A stretch of 64,000 nt of DNA from Desulfatiglandales bacterium (GCA_963667015.2 CAXXJJ010000004.1:3712001-3776000), one strand, 5' to 3'; positions 27,018 to 37,377 are shown, counted from the stretch's first letter. Translations and numbers: made by a program. The notes: generated from the sequence alone by a model not told the origin.

Positions 27018-29255
27018 ATGCAGAAATACCAGGAATCAGAAGTTGAGGATAAAAAGAGACAGCGAAGAGAATGGGTAATCATCTTCTGCCTGGTTATCGT
27101 TATCAGCTCCCTGTGGTATGTCGGAAGGAAATACTTCGATCTCGGGCTTGACCTTCCGGGGGCAAACAGCCCCCTGATTTTTTTCCTGACATACCTGAAT
27201 ATCATTATACTCCTTGTTCTTCTTTACCTGACAGTCAGGAATCTTGTTAAGCTCCTCTTTGAAAGAAAAAAGAACATCATGGGAGCAAGGCTAAGGAGCA
27301 AGCTTGTCCTGGCCTTTATTCTGCTTTCTCTTTTGCCGACCATAATTTTATTTTTTGTTTCTGTTACCTTTATATCGAATTCCATTGAATACTGGTACAA
27401 CATTCCCATTGAAAGGTCTCTCCAGAATTCCGTTGACCTTGGTAATGATTACCTTGAAAGAATAAATAAGGAAATTTCATACGCCGGTAATAAGATCAGC
27501 AAGATTATTACCCATGAAGGCTGGACACTGCAAATCAAAGATGATGAGGTCAAAAGACTTATACACGAAAAATTTGTCCAGTATAATTTTGCACGGATTC
27601 GGGTTTATTCGGAAAATTTTAACCTGCGGGCAAAAGAATCGAATTCCAGGCCAGACCTGAGTCAGTTCGACGGACCCGGTCGGCAGGAGTTTGATCAGTG
27701 TAAGGAAATGGCCGAGGACATTCATAAAATGGAACCATCTGATCATGGGCTACTTATCTCCGGAGTTATCCCGGTTTTTTCAATAGACGAAACGAAAAGG
27801 ACGGTTGTCGGGGCTGTTTTTATTGATGATTTTATTCCCATAGAGTTTGCCAATAAACTGACAAGCGTATCAAAGGGTCTTGAAGAATACAGGCAGTCCA
27901 GCCTTGAAAAACCTGCAGTCAAGACAATCCATATGATCCTGCTTTCCATTGTTACCCTTCTTATTATCTTTACATCCATATGGGTGGGGTTTTACCTGTC
28001 CAAGGGCATTACTGTGCCAATCCAGGAGCTTGCCGAGGGGACCGAAAGGATCGCTTCCGGTGATCTTGATTTCTTTATTGATCTTGAATCAACCGATGAA
28101 ATCGGGGTTCTTGTAAACTCATTCAACCGAATGACCCTTGATCTTAAAAACAGCAAAAAACAGCTGGAAGAGGCTAATGAAGAGCTCATAAAGAGCAATA
28201 TGGAAATCGAACAGAGGCGCCTTTACATGGAAATTGTTCTGGCCAATGTAGGCGCCGGGGTTATATCAGCCGATATGGATGGAAGGCTCCTCACGGTAAA
28301 CAAATCAGCAGCGGAAATGCTGGGTATTGATGTAAGGAATATAGTAGGAAAGAACTATCGCAAGGTTATGCGTCCCGAGCAGGTGAAGATAATAAACGAT
28401 TTCCTGTCCGATAAAAATTTGAGACGAAAAGGCTACATGCAAAACCAGATCAGGATTACAACCCCTGATAACAAAAACCTGACCCTGCTTATCTCACTTA
28501 ACATGCTCAGGGATGAACAGGGAAGATTTTCCGGCCTGGTTGCCGTATTTGATGACCTGAGTGAAATTGAGAAGGCCCAGAGAGAAGCTGCATGGAGACA
28601 GGTGGCAAGACGTATTGCTCACGAGGTAAAAAACCCTCTTACACCTATTCAGCTTTCTGCCCAGCGTATCAAGAAACGTATCGGACACAAACTTGAAAAA
28701 GAGGACGCCGGTATGCTCAATGAATGTACCAGTATGATCATCAAGGAAGCAGAAGTGTTAAAAAGGCTGGTAAACGAATTTTCCAGCTACGCCAGGATGC
28801 CTGCCTCAAACCCGGCGCCTGATGACCTGAACAAAATAATTAAGGAGGCAGTAGTCCTTTATCAGGAAACACAAAATAATGTTAATGTTAACTACAATTA
28901 TTCAGCCGGAATCCCCATATTCCGGTTTGATGGCGAACAGATAAAAAGGGTTATGATCAATCTGATCGATAACGCGGTTACAGCCGTTGGGCTGTCTGGA
29001 GAGGTAAGTGTCAGGCTGGTATATGATAGTGAACTGGACATTGCAAAGATTGAAGTGGCAGACAATGGGCCGGGTATCCCATCCAGGTACAAGAAAAGGA
29101 TTTTTGAACCATATTTTTCTACAAAAAACCATGGCACAGGACTGGGACTTGCCATTGTAAGTCAGATCATTAAAGATCACAGAGGCTTTATTGAGGTCTA
29201 TGATAACAAACCAAAGGGTACACGGTTTATAATAGAACTTCCTGTCAGTGTATAG
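27018..29255 (+). CDS. NtrY-like sensor histidine kinase (TM-HAMP-PAS-HisKA-HATPase)
   Basis: AWRQVARRIAHEVKNPLTPIQLSAQR, NLIDNA, GTGLGL. Confidence 0.93.
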   Translation: MQKYQESEVEDKKRQRREWVIIFCLVIVISSLWYVGRKYFDLGLDLPGANSPLIFFLTYLNIIILLVLLYLTVRNLVKLLFERKKNIMGARLRSKLVLAFILLSLLPTIILFFVSVTFISNSIEYWYNIPIERSLQNSVDLGNDYLERINKEISYAGNKISKIITHEGWTLQIKDDEVKRLIHEKFVQYNFARIRVYSENFNLRAKESNSRPDLSQFDGPGRQEFDQCKEMAEDIHKMEPSDHGLLISGVIPVFSIDETKRTVVGAVFIDDFIPIEFANKLTSVSKGLEEYRQSSLEKPAVKTIHMILLSIVTLLIIFTSIWVGFYLSKGITVPIQELAEGTERIASGDLDFFIDLESTDEIGVLVNSFNRMTLDLKNSKKQLEEANEELIKSNMEIEQRRLYMEIVLANVGAGVISADMDGRLLTVNKSAAEMLGIDVRNIVGKNYRKVMRPEQVKIINDFLSDKNLRRKGYMQNQIRITTPDNKNLTLLISLNMLRDEQGRFSGLVAVFDDLSEIEKAQREAAWRQVARRIAHEVKNPLTPIQLSAQRIKKRIGHKLEKEDAGMLNECTSMIIKEAEVLKRLVNEFSSYARMPASNPAPDDLNKIIKEAVVLYQETQNNVNVNYNYSAGIPIFRFDGEQIKRVMINLIDNAVTAVGLSGEVSVRLVYDSELDIAKIEVADNGPGIPSRYKKRIFEPYFSTKNHGTGLGLAIVSQIIKDHRGFIEVYDNKPKGTRFIIELPVSV

Positions 29256-29332
29256 GCCGGGGGATTTTTTGACAAAATTTTTCTTAATTATTGTTGTAGA
29301 CAGAGGTGCAGTAAACCTCTTACCGGATTTTA

Positions 29333-30415
29333 TTGGAGGGGACATTGCTTCGATCTGACTGGTCCCGAATTCATGAAACAGGGGGCTTTCACCTGTATAC
29401 CCTGCCGCTGGCCTTTATCTCTTTTCTATATGGTATCTGCGTAAGGGCGAGAAATTTCTTCATCAAAAACAAAGGCAAAAAACTTCCGGGCTTTGTATTA
29501 AGCATCGGAAATATAACTGCAGGCGGAACAGGAAAAACCCCGGCAACGATAATGTTGGCGGCGTGGGCTCAATCACAGGGTTACAATGTTGCGGTACTCT
29601 CACGCGGCTATGGTGGTAGTTATAATAAAGACACCGCGGTCGTTTCTGACGGGAAAAATATTCTGCTCACCCCGGAGATGGCCGGCGATGAGCCATGGCT
29701 GATGGCCAGCACGCTTAAGGATATTCCGGTTATTGTTTCACGGAAAAGATATCTTGCCGGCCTGAAGGCAAAAAATGATTTTGACAGCAGTTTTTTTATC
29801 CTGGATGACGGTTTTCAGCATATGCACCTGAAACGTGATATGGATATTGTTCTTGCAGACGCAGGGAGGCCATTCGGGAATGGCCATCTTCTACCCTGGG
29901 GCCCCCTGAGAGAGCCGTTATCAGGGCTGAAACGTGCAGACGCGGTCCTGTTTACGCGCACAGGAAAACTTCATCCGGAAAAAAACAGCAATTACTTTTT
30001 TAATAAACCGCTGTTCACAGGTGACCATACACCGGACAGGATTATAATTCCGTCCATAGGAAAGGAGTACGACCTCTCATATTTAAAAGGTAAGCGTGTG
30101 ACAGCCTTTTCAGGAATAGCAAAACCTGAATCTTTTAAAGAAAGCCTCTTAAATCTTGGGGCCGAGGTTGTATCCTTCAGGGCCTTTGGGGATCACTATC
30201 CATTCAACCGGGAGGACATTACAAAACTCATGGAGGAGCAGAAGTCTCTCAATTGCGAATTTCTTATAACAACAGAAAAGGACTGGGCAAGGATCAGGGA
30301 GATGGCAATGGATATTGACTCCCTTGCCTGTCTTACGATAAGGTTTGTTATTACATCCGGAAAGGATGAGCTCTTTAACATGATCAAGGAAAAGGCGGAT
30401 GCTGTCTTACAATGA
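29333..30415 (+). CDS. lpxK: Tetraacyldisaccharide 4'-kinase
   Basis: SIGNITAGGTGKTP, LSRGYG, GDEP, LDDGFQH, LPWGPLRE, TTEKD. Confidence 0.96.
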   Translation: MEGTLLRSDWSRIHETGGFHLYTLPLAFISFLYGICVRARNFFIKNKGKKLPGFVLSIGNITAGGTGKTPATIMLAAWAQSQGYNVAVLSRGYGGSYNKDTAVVSDGKNILLTPEMAGDEPWLMASTLKDIPVIVSRKRYLAGLKAKNDFDSSFFILDDGFQHMHLKRDMDIVLADAGRPFGNGHLLPWGPLREPLSGLKRADAVLFTRTGKLHPEKNSNYFFNKPLFTGDHTPDRIIIPSIGKEYDLSYLKGKRVTAFSGIAKPESFKESLLNLGAEVVSFRAFGDHYPFNREDITKLMEEQKSLNCEFLITTEKDWARIREMAMDIDSLACLTIRFVITSGKDELFNMIKEKADAVLQ

Positions 30416-30521
30416 ACTCAGCCGCCGCAAATGACGAGGTATTAGACCTTGCGCTTCGCAATAAATGTGACGCCAACCTGCGCATGATTTGATATTAACA
30501 GAAATAAAGGAGAAATAAGAC

Positions 30522-30689
30522 ATGGCTCTCAGCAAAGAATTACTGGACATACTTGCCTGCCCCAAATGCAAGGGAGAGATATACCTTAATGAAACAGAAG
30601 ACGGTCTCAAGTGTGATAAATGCAGGCTTATTTATGAAATAAAAGATGACATCCCCATAATGCTTATTGACGAGGCTAAACCTTTTTAA
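30522..30689 (+). CDS. Trm112/YcaR-family protein (55 aa, not in the ORF track)
   Basis: MALSKELLDILACPKCKG...CDKCRLIYEIKDDIPIMLIDEAKPF; RBS AAGGAG; usual position after lpxK. Confidence 0.93.
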   Translation: MALSKELLDILACPKCKGEIYLNETEDGLKCDKCRLIYEIKDDIPIMLIDEAKPF

Positions 30690-30916
30690 GCCCGACAAAT
30701 CCACTTTTTTTAGAAACAGGAATCCTGATTTCGCTTTCGGCAAATACAGGAACAAGCATATCACATAATATTTTCACTATATTTTATAGGGTTCTTGATA
30801 ACGGCGGGCAGGCAAGATCCTTCTGTCCGCCGGCATCATAAAACAAAACAGGAATTATATGTTCGCTGTTTTTTTACTACCCTCTTTTTTACATGCAATA
30901 TCAAGATGTTATCGAG

Positions 30917-30932
30917 TGGCACGTTGAATGCA
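30917..30932 (+). promoter_or_regulatory. Sigma-54-type promoter of the kamA operon
   Basis: TGGCAC-GTTGA-ATGCA, about 52 nt upstream of the start codon. Confidence 0.65.
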
Positions 30933-30984
30933 TTTGTCTCCAAAGGTTTAATATGTATTTTAAATTATTAAAAAAGGAGAAAAA

Positions 30985-32316
30985 ATGAAGATAGAAACAG
31001 CCAGTGATGAGGAGTTTGAGCCTCCCAGTATGGGCGCGATACCTGTCCCGCTTGAACCTGAAGAATTACCTGAAAAAGCCAAAGTAACCACCCTTCGTCG
31101 AGTTTGCAGCACTCCTAAATTTAAAACCGGTCAGAAGACAACAATATTTCGAAAAAAATATTTTCCCACAGTTTCATCTGCTGAATGGAATAACTGGCAG
31201 TGGCAGCTGAGAAACAGGATACGTGATCTCAACAGTCTAAAGCAGTTTATAAACCTTTCAGAAGATGAGATTACAGCGATCGGCCTTAGCGAGAATGGCC
31301 TGCCCCTTAACATTACGCCCTATTATGCCAGTCTTATTGACAGGGACAATCCTGAGCACCCGGTTAGAAAGGCAATCGTACCGGTAACCGCTGAAAGCAT
31401 AATGTCATACGGTGAAGCCGCGGACCCTCTTGGTGAAGATTCGGACAGTCCGGTTCACGGTCTTGTGCACAGGTATCCAGACAGGGTCCTTTTTCTTGTT
31501 ACTGATTTTTGCTCAAGCTACTGCAGGTATTGCACACGCTCAAGAATGGTCGGCGGAGGCCATTGCCAGGCATCGGACAGAGCCCGCTGGGAAAAGGCAA
31601 TAAAATATATTGCTGAGAATAAATCCATAAGGGATGTCCTGCTTTCCGGCGGCGATCCTCTCACACTCCCTGATGAAGCCCTTGAATGGCTGCTTTCAAA
31701 CCTCAGGAAAATCGATCATGTTGAGATGATCAGGATTGGCACAAAGGTACCCGTTGTTCTTCCTCAAAGAATTACGCCTTCTCTTACGCGGATGCTGAAG
31801 AAGTATCATCCGCTCTGGATGAGTATACATTTCATGCACCCGGAAGAACTGACACCCGAAACAGCCCAGGCATGCGAAAGACTGGCCGATGCAGGAATAC
31901 CCCTTGGAAGCCAGACTGTCCTGCTCGGGGGAATAAACGATAATGTTGAAACAATTAAATCCCTTGTTCACGGTCTTTTAAAGGTAAGAGTGAAACCCTA
32001 TTACCTATACCAGTGCGACCCCATACCGGGATCAGGACATGTCAGGACTCCCGTGGAAAAAGGTTTTGAAATTATTAACGGGCTCAGGGGACATACAACC
32101 GGCTATGCCATTCCGACTTTTGTTATTGATGCCCCTGGCGGGGGCGGCAAAATACCGCTGCTTCCCGACTATATCGAAGGCCGTGACGGCGATGATCTTC
32201 TTTTAACAAATTATCGCGGCGGATTATACCGTTACCCGGATCCGGGCGGTCAAATCGGGGCGCAGGGATATCGCTTTAAAGGCGGTCCTGCAGGGAACAA
32301 GGTGCTTTTGTCATGA
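30985..32316 (+). CDS. kamA: KamA-family radical SAM/PLP aminomutase (lysine 2,3-aminomutase-like)
   Basis: WNNWQWQL, DPLGE, HRYPDR, CSSYCRYCTR, LSGGDPL, YLYQCD, IDAPGGGGKIP. Confidence 0.92.
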   Translation: MKIETASDEEFEPPSMGAIPVPLEPEELPEKAKVTTLRRVCSTPKFKTGQKTTIFRKKYFPTVSSAEWNNWQWQLRNRIRDLNSLKQFINLSEDEITAIGLSENGLPLNITPYYASLIDRDNPEHPVRKAIVPVTAESIMSYGEAADPLGEDSDSPVHGLVHRYPDRVLFLVTDFCSSYCRYCTRSRMVGGGHCQASDRARWEKAIKYIAENKSIRDVLLSGGDPLTLPDEALEWLLSNLRKIDHVEMIRIGTKVPVVLPQRITPSLTRMLKKYHPLWMSIHFMHPEELTPETAQACERLADAGIPLGSQTVLLGGINDNVETIKSLVHGLLKVRVKPYYLYQCDPIPGSGHVRTPVEKGFEIINGLRGHTTGYAIPTFVIDAPGGGGKIPLLPDYIEGRDGDDLLLTNYRGGLYRYPDPGGQIGAQGYRFKGGPAGNKVLLS

Positions 32317-33320
32317 AGGTGGGAATAACCTACGACCTCCAGGAATATTACCTGAGTCATGGCATGAGCGAAGAGGATGCCGCAGAGTTTGACAGGCCGG
32401 ATACTATAGAGGGTATTGAGAATGCGGTGAAAACCCTCGGGTATGAAACCGACCGCATAGGCAATATATTTGAACTTACCGGGAGGCTTGCGGCCGGTGA
32501 CCGCTGGGATATGGTATTTAATATTACAGAGGGGGTAAGGGGCTTTGGAAGAGAGGCCCAGGTCCCTGCCCTTCTTGATGCCTATGGTATTCCCTATACC
32601 TTTTCTGATCCGCTTGTTCTCTCCCTTACACTGCACAAGGGCATGACCAAGCATGTTATAAGGGATATTGGAGTGCCGACGCCCGATTTTCAGGTTATCA
32701 ACGGCCTTAAGGATCTTGAAAAATGCAGAATGACCTTTCCTCTTTTTGCAAAACCTGTTGCAGAGGGAACGGGCAAGGGAATCGGGTCCGACTCAAAAAT
32801 CAGAGACAGAAAAGACCTGTATGAGGCATGCAAATGGATACTCGATACCTTCAAACAGCCGGTAATACTTGAAGCCTTCCTTCCGGGTAGGGAGTTTACC
32901 GTTGGTATAACCGGAACAGGGGAAAAGGCTCTCTCTACCGGTGTAATGGAAGTGCTGCTCCAGAAGGGTGCAGACCCTGATTCATATTCCTATGCAAACA
33001 AGAAGCATTATGAAACAAGGGTGCAGTACAGGCTGGCAAATGACCCTGAAGCCTCAATGGCCGCTGAGACAGCGCTTGCCGCATGGCGCGGACTTGGCTG
33101 CAGGGATGGAGGACGGGTTGATCTGAGGTCCGACGAAAAGGGTATTCCCAATTTTCTTGAAGTAAATCCGCTTGCAGGTCTCAACCCTGAGATATCAGAC
33201 CTTCCTATTTTGTGCGGTTTGAACGGCATAGATTATCAGGAACTGATAAAACGTATTATGGATTCTGCCCTTGAAAGAATAAATAATACTCCTTCCATTA
33301 AAAATACCGACCGGCAATGA
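32313..33320 (+). CDS. D-Ala-D-Ala ligase-like ATP-grasp enzyme
   Basis: VFNITEG, KPVAEGTGKG, GREFTVG, RVDLR, EVNPLAG. Confidence 0.88.
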   Translation: MKVGITYDLQEYYLSHGMSEEDAAEFDRPDTIEGIENAVKTLGYETDRIGNIFELTGRLAAGDRWDMVFNITEGVRGFGREAQVPALLDAYGIPYTFSDPLVLSLTLHKGMTKHVIRDIGVPTPDFQVINGLKDLEKCRMTFPLFAKPVAEGTGKGIGSDSKIRDRKDLYEACKWILDTFKQPVILEAFLPGREFTVGITGTGEKALSTGVMEVLLQKGADPDSYSYANKKHYETRVQYRLANDPEASMAAETALAAWRGLGCRDGGRVDLRSDEKGIPNFLEVNPLAGLNPEISDLPILCGLNGIDYQELIKRIMDSALERINNTPSIKNTDRQ

Positions 33321-34333
33321 AAATAACCATCATATTTGACAAGCCGGGATACGGTGACATTCCGCCGGACCATGCCGATGTACTTTATCAGGTGGAAAGT
33401 GTTAAGGAGACACTAAACCTGCTTGGGCATGAGTGTTCTGAACTGGGAATTACTGCCGATCTTAAAAGCTTTTCCTGCAGAATAAAACAGGAGGCGCCAG
33501 ATCTTGTTTTCAACCTTGTTGAGTCAGTTGAAGGAAAGGGAAATCTCATACACCTTGCCCCTGCTGTTCTCGATACGCTTGCAATCCCATATACGGGGTC
33601 AAAGGCCGACAGTATCTACAGGACATCCAATAAACTCCTAGCCAAGGACTGGCTCGACAGAAACGGAATTCCTACACCGGATTATATCTCACCTGAGGAG
33701 AAAACCGGCAGGACCATATTTGCAAAGGGAGAGTATATAATTAAATCGGTCTGGGAGCATGCCTCCATAGGGCTTGATGATAACTCCATTGTATCAGCAG
33801 ACTCTGTGGAAATTCTATTAAAGGAGATGGAAAAGCGAAAAAAAAACCTTGGAGGACAGTGCTTTGCCGAAAGATATATTGACGGCAGAGAGTTTAATCT
33901 TTCCATGCTGGCCGGCCCTGATGGCCCGGAGATTCTGCCTCCTGCGGAGATCAGATTTGAATCATTCACTGACCGGAAAAGGAAAATAGTGGGTTATGAA
34001 GCAAAGTGGGATGAGAACTCCTTTGAGTATCACAATACTGTGAGGACATTTGATTTTCCTGATTCAGATACCCCGTTATTAAAAAGACTGAAGGAGCGAT
34101 CACTCAAATGCTGGAAACTCTTCAAAATTAAAGGATACTGCCGTGTTGATTTCAGGGTGGATGAAAAAAACCGGCCGTGGGTGCTGGAGGTAAACGCCAA
34201 CCCGTGCATTTCTCCTGATGCAGGCTTTATGGCTGCAGCAGGGCGCGCAGGATTAAGTGCCGGGGAAGTTGTGAATAGAATTATAAATGATTCAAACGTC
34301 ATTATTCAGGGAAAACAGTCGTGTTCAGAATAA
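33317..34333 (+). CDS. Second D-Ala-D-Ala ligase-like ATP-grasp enzyme
   Basis: VFNLVES, EHASIG, YIDGREF, YEAKW, RVDFR, EVNANP. Confidence 0.88.
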   Translation: MKITIIFDKPGYGDIPPDHADVLYQVESVKETLNLLGHECSELGITADLKSFSCRIKQEAPDLVFNLVESVEGKGNLIHLAPAVLDTLAIPYTGSKADSIYRTSNKLLAKDWLDRNGIPTPDYISPEEKTGRTIFAKGEYIIKSVWEHASIGLDDNSIVSADSVEILLKEMEKRKKNLGGQCFAERYIDGREFNLSMLAGPDGPEILPPAEIRFESFTDRKRKIVGYEAKWDENSFEYHNTVRTFDFPDSDTPLLKRLKERSLKCWKLFKIKGYCRVDFRVDEKNRPWVLEVNANPCISPDAGFMAAAGRAGLSAGEVVNRIINDSNVIIQGKQSCSE

Positions 34334-36099
34334 GACGCATATACGACGATATACTCCCTGTTGACAGAACGATTATACCCCAGATACAGGATATTCTCAG
34401 GTCGCAATTTCCCCTGCTTTCTGATGAAACAATACAGAAGCTGCCTGATCAGCTCATTAATCCTCTCAAATACAGGTTCAGGTCGATCCTTTTTGTGGCT
34501 GAAGGGGACAAAAGGAAAATAAAGGGATTTGCAATACTTCAGCATGCCCCTGATCTTAAGTTTTGCTTTCTTGACTTTATCTCAACAACCGAACATGGCA
34601 TGGGAAGGGGAACGGGCAGCATCCTCTATGAAAGGGTAAGACAGGAGGCCCTTGGGCTTAATGCAACAGGCCTGTTTTTTGAGTGTCTTCCTGATGATCC
34701 GGCACTATGCAGGGATAAGGAAATACTGAAACAGAATATTTCGAGACTTCGCTTTTACGAAAAATTCGGAGCAAGGCCTCTATTCAACACTGCCTATGAA
34801 ACACCGCTTACCCCCGAAGATGACTGTCCCCCTTATCTTGTTTTCGATAACCTTGGCAAAACAAGAATCCTTTTTCGTAACTGGACGAGAAAGGTGGTCA
34901 GGGCAATTCTCGAAAGGAAATATGCAGACCTCTGTCCCCGGGCATACATTGATATGGTTGTTAAATCAATTTCCGATCACCCTGTTATGATCAGGGAACC
35001 TAAATATGAAAAGAAAACCGATCCTGTAACGGTCAAAGAAGTCAGGTCCATAGATCAATCCATCATTCTGGTGGTCAATGACAGGCATGAGATACACCAT
35101 GTCCATGAACGAGGGTATGTTGAGTCTCCGGTACGAATCAACCGCATCCTGGACAAAATTGAGTCAATGGGAATTTTTGAAAGAACGGAAGTCAAACATT
35201 ATTCCGAAAAAAATATTCTGGCAGTCCATGACCGTGGATATGTCAATTACCTGAAAAAAGTATGCACCATGGTTGAAAAGGGCAGGTCTCTGTACCCCTA
35301 TGTCTTTCCCATAAGAAACAACAGCCGCCCGCCAAAGGAACTGCCGGTAAGGGCAGGATACTACTGCATTGATACCTTTACGCCTATTAATGAAAACGCC
35401 TATCTCGCAGCAAAAAGGGCTGTGGACTGCGCGCTTACGGTTACCGAAAAGGTTCTTGAAGGTTACAGGTTCGGCTATGCTCTTGTCAGGCCCCCGGGTC
35501 ATCACGCCGAGTACAATGTTTTCGGAGGGTTCTGTTATTTCAACTCTGTGGCTGTCGCGGCCAATTATCTAAGCCGGTACGGAAGGGTGGCGGTCCTTGA
35601 TATTGACTATCATCATGGTAACGGCACGCAGGATATTTTTTACAGCAGGCCCGACGTGCTCACGATCTCGATACATGGTCATCCCGGCTTTGCATATCCC
35701 TACTTCAGCGGGTTCAGGGATGAGAAAGGAGACAGGGAGGGCCTGGGCTGCAATATAAATATTCCGCTTCCCGAACATATAACATTTGAGCAGTACAGGA
35801 TAGCGCTTACCTCCGCTGTACAAAAAATCAGTACCTCGGGTTGTAAATTTCTTATTGTTGCACTTGGCCTTGATACGGCGAAGGGAGATCCTACCGGCAC
35901 ATGGCCGCTATTACCAAAGGATTTCATTTCTGTCGGCAGGATGATCGGGACGTTAAGGCTGCCGACAATAGTTATCCAGGAAGGGGGATACAAAATACGT
36001 TCACTGGGGACAAATGCCCAGCATTTCTTTAAAGGACTATGGGAGGGGGGCATATCATCTACCCCTGACAGCAATGGAAAAAAAACTTACTCAAAATAA
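34321..36099 (+). CDS. GNAT-like domain fused to histone deacetylase/acetylpolyamine amidohydrolase domain
   Basis: N-terminal GRGTG acetyl-CoA-like motif and RLRFYE; C-terminal RPPGHH, GFCYFN, DIDYHHGNGTQ, LGLD, QEGGY. Confidence 0.88.
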   Translation: MFRIRRIYDDILPVDRTIIPQIQDILRSQFPLLSDETIQKLPDQLINPLKYRFRSILFVAEGDKRKIKGFAILQHAPDLKFCFLDFISTTEHGMGRGTGSILYERVRQEALGLNATGLFFECLPDDPALCRDKEILKQNISRLRFYEKFGARPLFNTAYETPLTPEDDCPPYLVFDNLGKTRILFRNWTRKVVRAILERKYADLCPRAYIDMVVKSISDHPVMIREPKYEKKTDPVTVKEVRSIDQSIILVVNDRHEIHHVHERGYVESPVRINRILDKIESMGIFERTEVKHYSEKNILAVHDRGYVNYLKKVCTMVEKGRSLYPYVFPIRNNSRPPKELPVRAGYYCIDTFTPINENAYLAAKRAVDCALTVTEKVLEGYRFGYALVRPPGHHAEYNVFGGFCYFNSVAVAANYLSRYGRVAVLDIDYHHGNGTQDIFYSRPDVLTISIHGHPGFAYPYFSGFRDEKGDREGLGCNINIPLPEHITFEQYRIALTSAVQKISTSGCKFLIVALGLDTAKGDPTGTWPLLPKDFISVGRMIGTLRLPTIVIQEGGYKIRSLGTNAQHFFKGLWEGGISSTPDSNGKKTYSK

Positions 36100-36610
36100 G
36101 AATATAAAATGGCGGGAAGAGCCCCTATTTACCGATGTTGAAGATATCGTTAAGATAGTCGATTCAACAGGGTTTTTTTCCGATGAAGAGCTTGATATTG
36201 CAGCCGAGCTTGTAGAGGAAAGACTTGTTAAGGGAACAGAAAGCGGTTACTATTTTCTATTTCTTGAGATTGATAAAAAACTTACAGGCTACTCCTGTTA
36301 CGGCCCGGTTCCCGGAACGTTAAGCAGCTTTGATCTGTACTGGATTGCAGTTGATAATGAATCAAGGGGAGCTGGGCTTGGAAAACTCATTCTGGAAAGG
36401 TCAGAGCAGAAGATTTCAACCATGAACGGGACAAATATATATATTGAAACATCTTCAAGGGAACTTTATATTCCAACAAGAAAATTCTATGAAAGATGCG
36501 GGTACAGGGCAGAGGCTCAGTTAAAGGATTTTTATGCTCCGGGGGATGACAAGATCATTTATGTCAAGACGTTGCTTCGCTCAGATCATAAGGGAGTTAA
36601 AATATCCTAA
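36074..36610 (+). CDS. GNAT-family N-acetyltransferase
   Basis: LYWIAV, RGAGLG, IETSS, RKFYE, DFYAPGDDK. Confidence 0.9.
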   Translation: MEKKLTQNKNIKWREEPLFTDVEDIVKIVDSTGFFSDEELDIAAELVEERLVKGTESGYYFLFLEIDKKLTGYSCYGPVPGTLSSFDLYWIAVDNESRGAGLGKLILERSEQKISTMNGTNIYIETSSRELYIPTRKFYERCGYRAEAQLKDFYAPGDDKIIYVKTLLRSDHKGVKIS

Positions 36611-36745
36611 GGCATATAAAAATGCAGAGCCTTAATTTTAATCTATACTTTTACTGCATTGAAATAGGTTATGACTTATAGCACAAATCTCAATATTTGA
36701 TAATTCTATATAAAGCTTGAGTAGAAGAACCGACTTTTTAATGCT

Positions 36746-37102
36746 TTATTGATGCGCTTCTTTTTTACCCAGTGATTCTGCGATGATTGATGTAACAAGT
36801 GCATTCATACTAACACCTTCTTGTTTTGCGCGTTCAGCAAGTCTCACATGTAAGCTTTTTGGTATTCGCTGAACAAAACGACCGCTAGCCTGACTACTGA
36901 ACGGTTCCGGAACCCCGTCATCAAATTCTCGTGCTGTTTCAATCCATGAATTCATGGCATCAATACCGTTTTTTATGGCCTCTTCAATTGTATCGCCATC
37001 TGATATGCAACCGGGCAAATCAGGAAAGGATATTAAATAGCCTCCCCCTTCTTCTTCAGAAAGGTTTCTTATTTCGAATGGGTACTTGAGTTGTTCATCC
37101 AT
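36746..37102 (-). CDS. hicB: HicB antitoxin
   Basis: FPDLPGCISDGDTIEEA and C-terminal RHH SGRFVQRIPKSLH...GVSMN. Confidence 0.93.
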   Translation of the reverse strand: MDEQLKYPFEIRNLSEEEGGGYLISFPDLPGCISDGDTIEEAIKNGIDAMNSWIETAREFDDGVPEPFSSQASGRFVQRIPKSLHVRLAERAKQEGVSMNALVTSIIAESLGKKEAHQ

Positions 37103-37106
37103 AGTT

Positions 37107-37343
37107 CTATTCTCCCTCTCCTTCATCGATAAGGCGAACAAATTTTTTTATATAGATTGGTTTAATCGGTCGATGTGCTGGAACTGTGAGTTTTGATCCA
37201 TTAGGATGTCGAAAAGTAACATGACTTGTTCCAGGTTGCCGCCATTCTATATTAAAACGTTTCGCAATATCCTTGAGTGTTTCAATCTGCCAATCACGGG
37301 GATTGTTTTGTAATTTAATTATTAGTTTATCAATTTTCGACAT
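37107..37343 (-). CDS. hicA: HicA mRNA interferase toxin
   Basis: GTSHVTFRHP...TVPAHRPIKPIYIK; upstream of hicB. Confidence 0.9.
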   Translation of the reverse strand: MSKIDKLIIKLQNNPRDWQIETLKDIAKRFNIEWRQPGTSHVTFRHPNGSKLTVPAHRPIKPIYIKKFVRLIDEGEGE

Positions 37344-37348
37344 AATAG

Positions 37349-37377
37349 ATGATACTATCCGTGATATCATTTGTCAA
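37349..37377 (-). promoter_or_regulatory. hicAB promoter with palindromic operator
   Basis: Minus strand TTGACA-N17-TATCAT; overlapping TGATA...TATCA palindrome. Confidence 0.65.

Noticed and set aside
30985..32316. EF-P modification enzyme EpmB
   Set aside because: No efp or epmA nearby; the protein is longer and lies in an ATP-grasp/GNAT operon.
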